DNA from: Capsulimonadaceae bacterium
GTDB taxonomy: Bacteria; Armatimonadota; Armatimonadia; Armatimonadales; Capsulimonadaceae
DNA: 64,000 bases
NCBI GenBank assembly: GCA_965215505.1
Contig: OZ244065.1
Span: 4,672,001-4,736,000 of the forward strand
Direction of reading: 5' to 3'
The translations under genes and the position numbers were made by a program. Positions within the stretch are counted from its first letter, which is position 1; every line of letters starts with the position of its first letter. Below the pieces are notes generated by a model. The model worked only from the letters and a program-made list of their open reading frames with translations. It searched no databases and was not told the DNA's origin. This document shows, in pieces, positions 33,293 through 41,836 of this stretch.

Positions 33293-33835
33293 TTACCCCC
33301 AGCAGAGGTCCTGATACGAACACTTCTTGCAGACCGCCATCGGCTTGGGCACGACCGGCGGCGCGGGCCGCTCCCGCGTCGCGCGCACCCCTTCGATGAC
33401 CCGTTCCACCTCGGCCTCCAGGTCGGGCGTCAGGGTCACGTCCTCGCGGCGGCGCTGCTTGGGGTAGTCAATGACGCCCGTCGTCTCGATGCCCTTCTCG
33501 TGCTTGAGGTAATACAGGTAGTAGAGGAGCTGGAAGAGGGTGGCGCGCTGCCCGCCCTGGCTCTTCTTGACCTCGTGGACGGCCCCGCTGTCGGTGAAGT
33601 CCAGGCGTAGGAGGCCGTCAATGAGGACATCCTTGCGGCTCTTGTCCTGATAGCTCTCGCTATGCACGAGCTGCCCCAGGGCGACGTTCTCGGCCCCGAC
33701 GCCGCCGGTGACATGCTCCTGCTCCATGCCGTGCGAGAACCACCACAGCTTGCGCGGGCAGAGGACGAAGTAGTGGACCTCCGTCCCGCCGATGCGGAGG
33801 GCCTGAAGGGAGTCTTGATCTTGCTCGACCGACAT
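33293..33835 (-). CDS. cas4: CRISPR-associated exonuclease Cas4
   Basis: CPRKLW, HEVKKS, QLLYYLYYL, CKKCSYQDLC Fe-S cysteines. Confidence 0.96.
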   Translation of the reverse strand: MSVEQDQDSLQALRIGGTEVHYFVLCPRKLWWFSHGMEQEHVTGGVGAENVALGQLVHSESYQDKSRKDVLIDGLLRLDFTDSGAVHEVKKSQGGQRATLFQLLYYLYYLKHEKGIETTGVIDYPKQRRREDVTLTPDLEAEVERVIEGVRATRERPAPPVVPKPMAVCKKCSYQDLCWG

Positions 33836-33844
33836 GGTATTTCC

Positions 33845-36310
33845 TCAGATGAAATTTGAACCGGGAGCGATACCAATTCCGCGCGTGAACGTATAGTCGC
33901 ACTCGTTACCCAACTTGCGAATGCCAAAAATCTCATTCCAAAAGGCGGGAGCGACGTCTTCTTCTTTGATCCGCAATTGTACAATGTGTTCAGCCATGCT
34001 GCGTAAATGTGCTTCTACAGCGACCTTTAGCTTCTTAAAGTCTTTGTAGTTGCCACGTTTACGTTTTGCCTCTGTCAATGACTGTGCCAGTATTTCTAAC
34101 TGTTCAAAGTCTGTATCTGCTGGTCCTTGTGGGATGTAATAGCGAAATTGCTTGCCAAAGTCTTGTTCATCAATGAGACGGAACCGACCCATGTTCTCAA
34201 ACGCTGCTTCGTTAATACAGCGTATAAGATTTCCTTTGTCATAATCTTTGCCAACTTTTGGATGCTCACCGATAGAAAGGTTGTTATTGACCAGTTCAAA
34301 AAAGGCTTGCTGAATACCTAGCAAATCCCGCTCGCGAACGATTTCCGGCAGATTAGTACGGGAGAAATCTAAATACCAGGCTGGCTCACTTTTCTGATAA
34401 ATCAATGCAGCGCGTGATTTTTTGTTCTCATTCTTTAATTCAAAGACAAACACGATGCCTTGTTTGCTATTGCCATCGTGATCCTGTAGCAATCCGTTAC
34501 GATTACAACGCCCTGCGGCTTGGATAAGATTCGGTAAAGGACACAGGTCTCGAAAGACAACTGGAAAATCAATATCTACGCCCGCTTCGATCAGTTGTGT
34601 TGTAATCAGAACAATCCTTTCGCCCTTATCAAGTACCTGTTTAGCTCTCGCTATTTTCCTGCGGCGGTCGTGTGGTGTGAAAAGTGTGCTCAACAGCATG
34701 ATACACTCATCTTCTTCGGTAGTACTGAGAATATCAAAGAGATTTTTGGTGTCGTCAATTGTGTTCAAGATAATAAGACATGACGATTTTTGTTCGCTAA
34801 CCTTTTCTGCTAGTTTTTCAAGAGAAAACTCGGTATCAAGCATGCGTTGAATTTTGTAACGGTCAAAAACTGGACTGCCATAGTACACAGATGCATTTAC
34901 AAGTTCTTGGGGCTTGACATAAGAAGTGAAAAGCCTCTCAGGACATTCCTGGGGATCGCGTGTTGCTTTTGAAGCTATCTCCAGAGCTGGCATAGTAGCT
35001 GTAGAAATAATAGCGTAAGAGTTGAATTTGCGACAAAAGGCATCAAGAAATGCCGTAAAAAAGACATACAAACGCGGGGGTAACGCTTGTATTTCATCAA
35101 CGAGGAAAATAGTGTTGGAAAAATTGGGCAATCGCAACAAAGTTGCGTTACGGTTGCTCATAAACGTCTCGAATAGTTGCACGAATGTCGTAATGATGAA
35201 AGGGGCATCAAATGTGTCTTGGGCAAAACTCTCTTGCAACAGCGCATCGATCTTTGCTGGATCGTTATCCAGTTCTTCCTGCAACTTCTCCATGCGCTCA
35301 TTGTGCGCCTTTGAGTCGATCCGTAGAACAACATCTTCTTCAGGATTGTCAGTATTCAGAATATCCCGACAAACCCTTTCTACTTGTTCTGTGATCGAGA
35401 GAAAAGGAAGGCCATAAATAATGCCGAGATTGTTGTTCTTCTGAAGAATTTCATTGGCAAGTGCTAACAGCATCATTGTCTTGCCAGATCCCGTCGGCGA
35501 AGTCAATGAGAATACTCGCTGGTCTTTATCAAGCGCCGATTTGAGAGATGTGACAGCCTCTTCCCGAATTTGAGTACGCACTTTATTAAGTTCGCTATCC
35601 ATCGTGAAGGATGCTAGGGTTTTTGTGAGTGCGGTGTCAACGCGGGCTGCGAAAGAGTCGGTGTAGAATGCTCTCCTGAACTCTTTGTTGTCGCCAGCAT
35701 CCCGCTTGTCAGACTCAATGAGACAGGAGAAAGCGAATTGTGTTTCCAATACGAAATCAAGTGGGGCAGTCGCAATAACGCTTTCGCTGCACTTGCTAAA
35801 ATCTTTTAACAGATTTATAGTGGGCTTTTCAAAAAGATCAAATGGCTTATGATTGGTTAGGCTTTGCAGTGATTGCGATGCTCGCAAAAAATCTGATGCC
35901 GGTAAATAGGGCTGCGTTTTAAGAAACTCTACCATTCGGTCACGCTCATTGATACCGATGATACTTTCAGTGAAGTTAGTGAGGTTTCCATGATGGCGTG
36001 CCGTTAAAGCGATAATGCTGAAAATCTGAGAAGCAGTTAGCCCAAGCGGATTGTCCCTGTTCTTTGCAAGGAAGCAAAGGAAAGCATAGGCAGAGAGACA
36101 AGCATGATTTGAGTACGCACCCGCAGTTGGCGGCATATTGCCAAGCTTCTCCTGAAAGAACGGGTTGAGCTTGCCTACATCGTGAAATATGGCGGCAACT
36201 TCTGCAATCCAAAGATTCGTGCGTAGCTTTGTGCCGTCTATGACCCCCTGAGTATGGATGTGAAGCAACTTGTGCGGGTGGGAACGAAAGGCTTCTAGAT
36301 CAAACTCCAT
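33845..36310 (-). CDS. cas3: Cas3 HD nuclease-helicase
   Basis: IFHDVGK (HD), PTGSGKT, VDEIQ, STAT, TTQLIEAGVDIDF, QAAGRCNR. Confidence 0.96.
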   Translation of the reverse strand: MEFDLEAFRSHPHKLLHIHTQGVIDGTKLRTNLWIAEVAAIFHDVGKLNPFFQEKLGNMPPTAGAYSNHACLSAYAFLCFLAKNRDNPLGLTASQIFSIIALTARHHGNLTNFTESIIGINERDRMVEFLKTQPYLPASDFLRASQSLQSLTNHKPFDLFEKPTINLLKDFSKCSESVIATAPLDFVLETQFAFSCLIESDKRDAGDNKEFRRAFYTDSFAARVDTALTKTLASFTMDSELNKVRTQIREEAVTSLKSALDKDQRVFSLTSPTGSGKTMMLLALANEILQKNNNLGIIYGLPFLSITEQVERVCRDILNTDNPEEDVVLRIDSKAHNERMEKLQEELDNDPAKIDALLQESFAQDTFDAPFIITTFVQLFETFMSNRNATLLRLPNFSNTIFLVDEIQALPPRLYVFFTAFLDAFCRKFNSYAIISTATMPALEIASKATRDPQECPERLFTSYVKPQELVNASVYYGSPVFDRYKIQRMLDTEFSLEKLAEKVSEQKSSCLIILNTIDDTKNLFDILSTTEEDECIMLLSTLFTPHDRRRKIARAKQVLDKGERIVLITTQLIEAGVDIDFPVVFRDLCPLPNLIQAAGRCNRNGLLQDHDGNSKQGIVFVFELKNENKKSRAALIYQKSEPAWYLDFSRTNLPEIVRERDLLGIQQAFFELVNNNLSIGEHPKVGKDYDKGNLIRCINEAAFENMGRFRLIDEQDFGKQFRYYIPQGPADTDFEQLEILAQSLTEAKRKRGNYKDFKKLKVAVEAHLRSMAEHIVQLRIKEEDVAPAFWNEIFGIRKLGNECDYTFTRGIGIAPGSNFI

Positions 36311-36996
36311 GCACTTCCTCCTGAAAAACGGTAATGTTCGCCGGTCACTGCTATTTCTTGATTTGCAGTTGGATAGATGACGTCAACATATCGTTCCGGC
36401 AAATTCCAGAAGTCGTTGTTCTGATAGGTCGGAATGCGCTCAAATCCAACGCGGAAGTTGCTAAGGTCAACCCGCTCCCGGTCCAGCTTAAATCGCCGAG
36501 GCACAAAGCCTTGTGTGCTAAAGCTTCCTTCTGAATGGCTGAACTCACCCTGTTCCAGTGGAATAATTTCCGCAGGGCAATTGTGAAGACCGAAAACCGG
36601 TGTGTAATACGACTCACTATTCTGTATGAGTTGAGTGAACTCCTGAAATAGTCCTTCTGACCGTTCATTCGCGAGCGCAAGTGCGACAGTAAAGTCTGGG
36701 TTCTTCAGAAACTCCATCTGCTTTGGAGCCTTCTCAAACAGATTTTCCGCACGACGCAGAGTAAATGCCCACGACTCTTTTCGCACAGTTCCGCTTACCT
36801 GGACTCCGTAAAGTAAATCCTCACTTAGTACTGGAAATAAGGAACGCATGGCCTCCCGCTCTTGACCTGTGACCGCTCCGATCAACCCTATAAAAGCGGT
36901 TTTCGTGATAAAGTCATGTGTCAGCGGATTGTTGTTAGTTTCCGGCTTTTTAAAGTGTGCCCACCTACCGCGTAGGCGCAACGTCAGCCCTTTCAT
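36295..36996 (-). CDS. cas5: Cas5
   Basis: LRGRWAHFKKPE..THDF..KTAFIGLIGAV N-terminal motif; lies between cas7 and cas3. Confidence 0.92.
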   Translation of the reverse strand: MKGLTLRLRGRWAHFKKPETNNNPLTHDFITKTAFIGLIGAVTGQEREAMRSLFPVLSEDLLYGVQVSGTVRKESWAFTLRRAENLFEKAPKQMEFLKNPDFTVALALANERSEGLFQEFTQLIQNSESYYTPVFGLHNCPAEIIPLEQGEFSHSEGSFSTQGFVPRRFKLDRERVDLSNFRVGFERIPTYQNNDFWNLPERYVDVIYPTANQEIAVTGEHYRFSGGSAWSLI

Positions 36997-36998
36997 TT

Positions 36999-37931
36999 TT
37001 ATCCCTCGGCTTCCAAGAACGTCATCGTGTTGAATTTGGGCATCGCCACGAGTTGTTCAGAAAGGCTGGGAACTTCTGTATAGAAGTTGACTGCCTTCAC
37101 AACAGGCGATTGAGTAAGTTCCAGAAACCGTGAAAAGTCCAGAGCGTAGTCGTCGAAAGAGCGCAATTGCTCATCTCTCTTGTCCGATTTGAGGGCGATA
37201 GAGCGATCTACGCCATAGAGCTTTTTTGTCGCGCCACTGTAAACGATTTGCAGCAGCAACAAAGAGTTTTGATTTGACTTGGTGCGAGTATTCGCGTTGT
37301 TGATGCTCTCCCACAGAGCCTGAAACATCAGTCGAATGTCGTCTTCAGTGAGGCCGGTATGACGGGCAGAAAAAGGATTGATCCACCCATGAATTTGATT
37401 TACGACGTATGGCACCACAGTTGTCGTGCCTATCGCACCACGTTCTTTGTCTGTGCTAGATGCAAAGACGGAAGTGTTTTGGTGCATGCGTAATTCGACT
37501 GCGTTAAGAGAGGGGTTTAGCAGGGCGAACTGGACCGGCCCGGTGAGATTGACGGCATTTTTTTCTTGTGTAAGAATTCCTCCGAATAGACGTACATCAG
37601 TGAGGGATTTTAGGATTGCTAGAGTGTCCTTATCCTCCGCGATCTTTTTGAGCGCATTGAAGCGGGCAGCGGCCCCCGACTCTGCATCACCTTTTGCGTT
37701 CTTTTCGACACTGCTCCGATCATTGAGGACATAGACAGAGTTGCGGTCCATGTCGGCAATGTAGTCACGGATGAAGCGCTTGATACGAACATCACTGACG
37801 AGGGCCTTTTTAGTTTCCTCATCGTAGCGCTGCTCACCCGTGAATGGGTCGCCGTTTGGGATCGAGTAGGTACTTTCGTACAAGAAGAGGATTTCTGACT
37901 TATCGACAGGCAGATTTTGCATATTGTTCAT
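36999..37931 (-). CDS. cas7: Cas7 (Csh2-type)
   Basis: PNGDP, VSDVRIKRFIRDY, DVRLFGG, LTGPVQF. Confidence 0.95.
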   Translation of the reverse strand: MNNMQNLPVDKSEILFLYESTYSIPNGDPFTGEQRYDEETKKALVSDVRIKRFIRDYIADMDRNSVYVLNDRSSVEKNAKGDAESGAAARFNALKKIAEDKDTLAILKSLTDVRLFGGILTQEKNAVNLTGPVQFALLNPSLNAVELRMHQNTSVFASSTDKERGAIGTTTVVPYVVNQIHGWINPFSARHTGLTEDDIRLMFQALWESINNANTRTKSNQNSLLLLQIVYSGATKKLYGVDRSIALKSDKRDEQLRSFDDYALDFSRFLELTQSPVVKAVNFYTEVPSLSEQLVAMPKFNTMTFLEAEG

Positions 37932-37953
37932 TGGTGTTTGCTCCCTCCCAGGA

Positions 37954-39771
37954 TTATTCTTCGTCTTGGCCTTCTGCGGCGGTCAGGTCTGGCGCTTTAG
38001 AACCGTCATCAGCTTTCTGATATGGTTGGAAATAGCTCTCAAAGAACCCGAAAGCGCAAAAGTCGCTGTCGTACTTTTCGACGCTCTCATCGAAGCTGAG
38101 AATTTTTTCTGCTAATTCACTTGAAGTGCGGAATGTGAACTTAGTACGATCATGCATCACGAGTTTTTGGTTGATCTCGTTGTGCAATTTGACTACATCA
38201 GGCAATGTCGAGATGCGACGGGACAGCAGCCCAACGTAGTTCTTCTCGAAAGATTTGATGGGGCTTTTAGGTCCAGCGAATTGGCGGCCCATCTTGCCAA
38301 GAAGTGAGCCAACTTGATAGCTTTGAGAACCCTGTATGTCCATGAGGCGGTCCCCTTCGTAATTTTGCAACAGTATCAGAAAGTAGAAATCGTATTTGAA
38401 CAGGTTAAAACCAGTTCCACCGTTGCGAATATTGAACTGTGTTTTTTCGATAAGCGCAGGCAGCAGAACAGGATCGTCGTAATAGGTTTCGCTATAAATT
38501 TGCGGCAAGACTTTAAACAGATGGTTCTGGTACTTCTTTTTCGCCCGCGTCATGTCTCCTAGTATGTTTAGGAATGAACGAGTAATATCTAGCGGAGCAA
38601 GATCCTTCTTGAATAGAAGCTGTCTTTCTTGATTCAACTTGTTGCGGATATGACGTACTTTCTTACTGAGATCAGTGAGCCGACTTTTTTCCAGGCCGGA
38701 GATTTCGAGCAAATCTGAATCCGGCGTAGAAGGACCACTTCCTGCCTTGCTGAAGATAAAGTCAAACTGAACGATGTTATCATCAACATCATCCATGACG
38801 GCTGCAAAGAGCTTATCTAGGTTTGTTTCATCACCAGAAATCTCAGGTGAGGGAGCCGCAAGATTTTCCTCGCTTTGCTCCGCTCGGCTCAACGACTTCC
38901 GCTCGAAAAACGTCTCAATCTGCTTCGCTGTTAGGCGGCTGGTGCTGTCTTGTTCATTGCCACGGGGCAGGACGATGATCTTGACGTCCCGTTCGCGAAT
39001 GACAGCTCTCTGCGAGTAATCGATAGCATAAAGCAGATTCAAAACATCGTCAAATGAGCGAAAGATGCGACTCTTATACTGGCTCTTGCTATCAAACCCA
39101 GGAGCATTATTCTTTCCCGAAGCAAGCGTTTTATAAAGAGCCTTTTTGAGAACATAACCGTTCGCGATCTCTGAATACTCGACGAACTCATCAAGCAGTT
39201 TTTCATTGATGAGCTTCATCTCGCCTTCAAACTCATACCAACTTTTGCCATCAAAATCAAAGTGCAAAAAGATGCTAGGCTTGTCGTGAAGAAGCGCCTC
39301 CAAAGCTTCAATGTTGGCCTTTAGCGAACTGCGAAACTTTTCAATATGAGAATCTGCAAACGCGGCGGCATCTTGTTGGCCGCGCACGAAAGAATTGACT
39401 TGGAAGCCCTTTGCCGCCACGGATGGATCACCAAGAACGAAGTTCGTTTCAGTGATGCTGATGTCGCCCGTTTTGTTATTCGTGACCGTTTGATAGCATA
39501 TGTCGCCAAAGATATACTTCTTCATCGAGTCCGCATCAGAGGTCTTATAGTTGAGATAAAACAGACGGTTCTTGATGAAATCCTCGTCTGTCAGAGGCAC
39601 CCTGTTGTTGAGGTCGAACGTAAAATCAGGCCGTACAGGAATGGAGTAGTAGCTGATTGGCTGTTTCTCAGTGGTTTGTGGTGCTTGCTTAACATACCGA
39701 TGATGCTTGAGACCACCAGGGCCTTTTACATTGCGGAAAGTTTCGCCGATCTTCAAAAGCGTTTCTAACAT
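37954..39771 (-). CDS. cas8b: Cascade large subunit (Cas8b-like)
   Basis: 605 aa directly upstream of cas7; MLETLLKIG start; C-terminal small-subunit-like segment (YQVGSLLGKM..FGFFESY). Assignment is partly positional. Confidence 0.72.
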   Translation of the reverse strand: MLETLLKIGETFRNVKGPGGLKHHRYVKQAPQTTEKQPISYYSIPVRPDFTFDLNNRVPLTDEDFIKNRLFYLNYKTSDADSMKKYIFGDICYQTVTNNKTGDISITETNFVLGDPSVAAKGFQVNSFVRGQQDAAAFADSHIEKFRSSLKANIEALEALLHDKPSIFLHFDFDGKSWYEFEGEMKLINEKLLDEFVEYSEIANGYVLKKALYKTLASGKNNAPGFDSKSQYKSRIFRSFDDVLNLLYAIDYSQRAVIRERDVKIIVLPRGNEQDSTSRLTAKQIETFFERKSLSRAEQSEENLAAPSPEISGDETNLDKLFAAVMDDVDDNIVQFDFIFSKAGSGPSTPDSDLLEISGLEKSRLTDLSKKVRHIRNKLNQERQLLFKKDLAPLDITRSFLNILGDMTRAKKKYQNHLFKVLPQIYSETYYDDPVLLPALIEKTQFNIRNGGTGFNLFKYDFYFLILLQNYEGDRLMDIQGSQSYQVGSLLGKMGRQFAGPKSPIKSFEKNYVGLLSRRISTLPDVVKLHNEINQKLVMHDRTKFTFRTSSELAEKILSFDESVEKYDSDFCAFGFFESYFQPYQKADDGSKAPDLTAAEGQDEE

Positions 39772-39854
39772 GGCATTTCCTGTTACCGCATTCTTGCGAT
39801 GCGCTCGTCATAGAACGGAAGAAGCAGAAGTGCTCAGTGAAGATGAGAGATTGT

Positions 39855-40262
39855 GACCTGCGGCCCTAATCTCCGGCGAGGCACAAGTGCCAGGCGTTGC
39901 TATCTGTCCACAACACCATGTAGCCGAAGCAGGTCGTTTGGCGACCATTCGGGCCGCAGGAACATTTGGGAGAATTATAGCACAGGAAGCAGGGAAACAG
40001 CAAAGGGAGAGGGCGACCTGCGGCCCTATCTTCAGCGAGGCCCTGGGCCAGACGTTGTAACGCCGTGTGACCGAAGAAAGACGTGAAGCGACCGTTCGAG
40101 CCGCAGGGACATTTACAGGCGCAGTATACCCCAAAGAACAGGAGCGCGGGTGGGGCGAAGGGACGACCTGCGATCCTATCTCCCGCGCGAGGCGGGAGCA
40201 GGCCGCGAACGCGACTTTTCGGAGTGCAGGGACGTTTGTCCTCGCGGTATGCCCTAAAGAAT
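39855..40262 (-). repeat. Three tandem diverged promoter+hairpin units (putative ncRNA or regulatory array)
   Basis: Units at 39855-39967, 40015-40114 and 40165-40237 share GACCTGCG..CCTA.CT..GCGAGGC and GCGAC..TTCG...GCAGG.AC.TTT. Their ends are mutually complementary, and each has a minus-strand -10-like box upstream. Confidence 0.8.
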
Positions 40263-40377
40263 CCGCATTGTTCCGTTGTTCTCGATTCATCGGAGTTGCC
40301 CTTTCCCGCGCGCTTATCTGCCATTCTTTTGTGTTCCACAGGGGGTATAATTCACCTGACCCTGGAGGAACACCGCC

Positions 40378-40617
40378 ATGACGGTCTTGCTGTCTTTAAC
40401 AACGGAACAGGAACAAAAACTGACGCAAGCGGCCCAGGCGCGGGGTCTGGATGCCGACCGTCTCTTACACGAGGTGCTGGATACGGCTCTCGCGCAATTA
40501 GAACCCGCGTCGGTGCCCACGCCCAAACGGATGCCGGACCTTCACTTCGGCCAAACCTGGGTTAGTGACGATTTTGATGCGCCTCTGCCCGATAGTTTCT
40601 GGCTAGGTGAAGAATGA
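40378..40617 (+). CDS. Antitoxin (DUF2281/VapB-like)
   Basis: TATAAT at 40346-40351 and RBS GGAGG. C-terminal WVSDDFDAPLPDSFW is typical of PIN-toxin partners; ATGA overlap with the toxin. Confidence 0.8.
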   Translation: MTVLLSLTTEQEQKLTQAAQARGLDADRLLHEVLDTALAQLEPASVPTPKRMPDLHFGQTWVSDDFDAPLPDSFWLGEE

Positions 40618-41000
40618 ACCTCCTCCTGGACACCCACACATTTCTTTGGTGGGACAACGGTTCCGTCAATCTCTCGCCCCGCGTGCTTGCGCTCTGCAAC
40701 GACCCGACCGTGATTCTGTATCTGAGCCTGGTCAGTCTCTGGGAGCTTCAGATCAAGAGCGGCCTGGGCAAACTGTCTTTGCGCCTGCCGCTACGAGCGC
40801 TTGTGGCGGACCATCAGCAAAAGAATGGGATGCGACTGCTGCCGATCACCCTCGACCATCTCCTCGCGCTGGACGCTCTGCCACACCATCATAAAGACCC
40901 GTTCGACCGTCTTCTGATCGCGCAGGCGCAGGTGGAAGGCATGTCCTTAGCCAGCATGGATCATGTTTTTGCCGGCTACCCTGTTTCCCTTATTTGGTGA
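40614..41000 (+). CDS. vapC: VapC-family PIN toxin
   Basis: LLLDTHTFLWW, SLWEL, HKDPFDRLLIAQA, ASMD. Confidence 0.93.
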   Translation: MNLLLDTHTFLWWDNGSVNLSPRVLALCNDPTVILYLSLVSLWELQIKSGLGKLSLRLPLRALVADHQQKNGMRLLPITLDHLLALDALPHHHKDPFDRLLIAQAQVEGMSLASMDHVFAGYPVSLIW

Positions 41001-41752
41001 CCTTTGATGTCCACCATGCCGAATCCCGCCGCGTTCTTCTCGCCGAAGCCGGTTTCGTATCCCACTCGCATCAGGTCCACGGAACCGGAAACGGTGAACG
41101 GGCAGAAGGCACCGACGATTCGGATGTTCTTGAATGTCGTCAGCTTGGTCCCGCCGCCCGTCCGGGCCAGGTAGGCGGGGCCGAAGGCCAGCGCGAAGCG
41201 GTCGTCGTCGGGCAGGTCCCCATAAACCAGGCGGTGCTTGCGGAGCAGGTTGCGGCGCACGGCCTCGGAGAAAGCCTCCCCGTCACTGGGCCGCAGGTAG
41301 CGCGTCCCTCCGTCCGGCAGCGGCAGGGCGGCGACAACCGGCGACAGGCAGGTGAAGGCGGTCGTCTCGGACAGGATGGGGGCGGCCAGCGTCTCGATCT
41401 GCGTGATGGGGAGTGTCGCCGGGCCGACCCGGAGCGCCCCCGCCGCCAGCAGGCCCGTGGCGAGGTTCGTCAGGAACGGCTCCACCGGCGAGGCGATCAG
41501 CCATTCCAGCGGGCCGGGCGCGAAGCGCAGCATGTCGCCGTCCACGGTGCGCCGCGTGCCCCGCAGCCAGGAGAACGTGAACAGCTTGAAGCGCCGCCCG
41601 TCCTCATCCGCGTAACCGTCGTCGTGCAGGAAGCGGGCGTAGTCGGCGTCCGAGGCCGCCAGGAGTCCGTAGACGGCAGCAGTCAACCACTCTTGGTAGT
41701 TGATCGGCAGCCGGGTCCCCGTTGAGTTGTCTAGACAAACGCGCAGGCGCAT
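40976..41752 (-). CDS. cas6: CRISPR endoribonuclease Cas6
   Basis: FLHDDGY..RFKLFTFS and Gly-rich loop GFGEKNAAGFG. Confidence 0.96.
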   Translation of the reverse strand: MRLRVCLDNSTGTRLPINYQEWLTAAVYGLLAASDADYARFLHDDGYADEDGRRFKLFTFSWLRGTRRTVDGDMLRFAPGPLEWLIASPVEPFLTNLATGLLAAGALRVGPATLPITQIETLAAPILSETTAFTCLSPVVAALPLPDGGTRYLRPSDGEAFSEAVRRNLLRKHRLVYGDLPDDDRFALAFGPAYLARTGGGTKLTTFKNIRIVGAFCPFTVSGSVDLMRVGYETGFGEKNAAGFGMVDIKGHQIRETG

Positions 41753-41818
41753 CGCTTCCCCTCAGTCCTCTCTCAGTCCTCTTCTCGGTCCTTCATCTAC
41801 AAGTATGGCATCCCACAG

Positions 41819-41833
41819 TGCAGCATAGCTGCA
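41819..41833. promoter_or_regulatory. Candidate operator upstream of cas6
   Basis: Palindrome TGCAGC-ATA-GCTGCA about 10 nt upstream of a minus-strand TG-C-CATACT -10-like box. Confidence 0.4.
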
Positions 41834-41836
41834 TTC

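Noticed and set aside
40025-40040. Hammerhead-like CUGAAGA on the minus strand of unit 2
   Set aside because: Not conserved in units 1 and 3, and no matching GAAA core was found.
39808-40339. ORFs of 157-160 aa across the cas6-cas8 interval with repeated NVPAAR
   Set aside because: Explained by the three nucleotide repeat units; no recognisable protein features.
39772-40377. CreA/CreR-type mini-array made of degenerate CRISPR repeats
   Set aside because: No convincing match to the 30-nt repeat or its ATTGAAAC handle by eye; a sensitive alignment is still needed.
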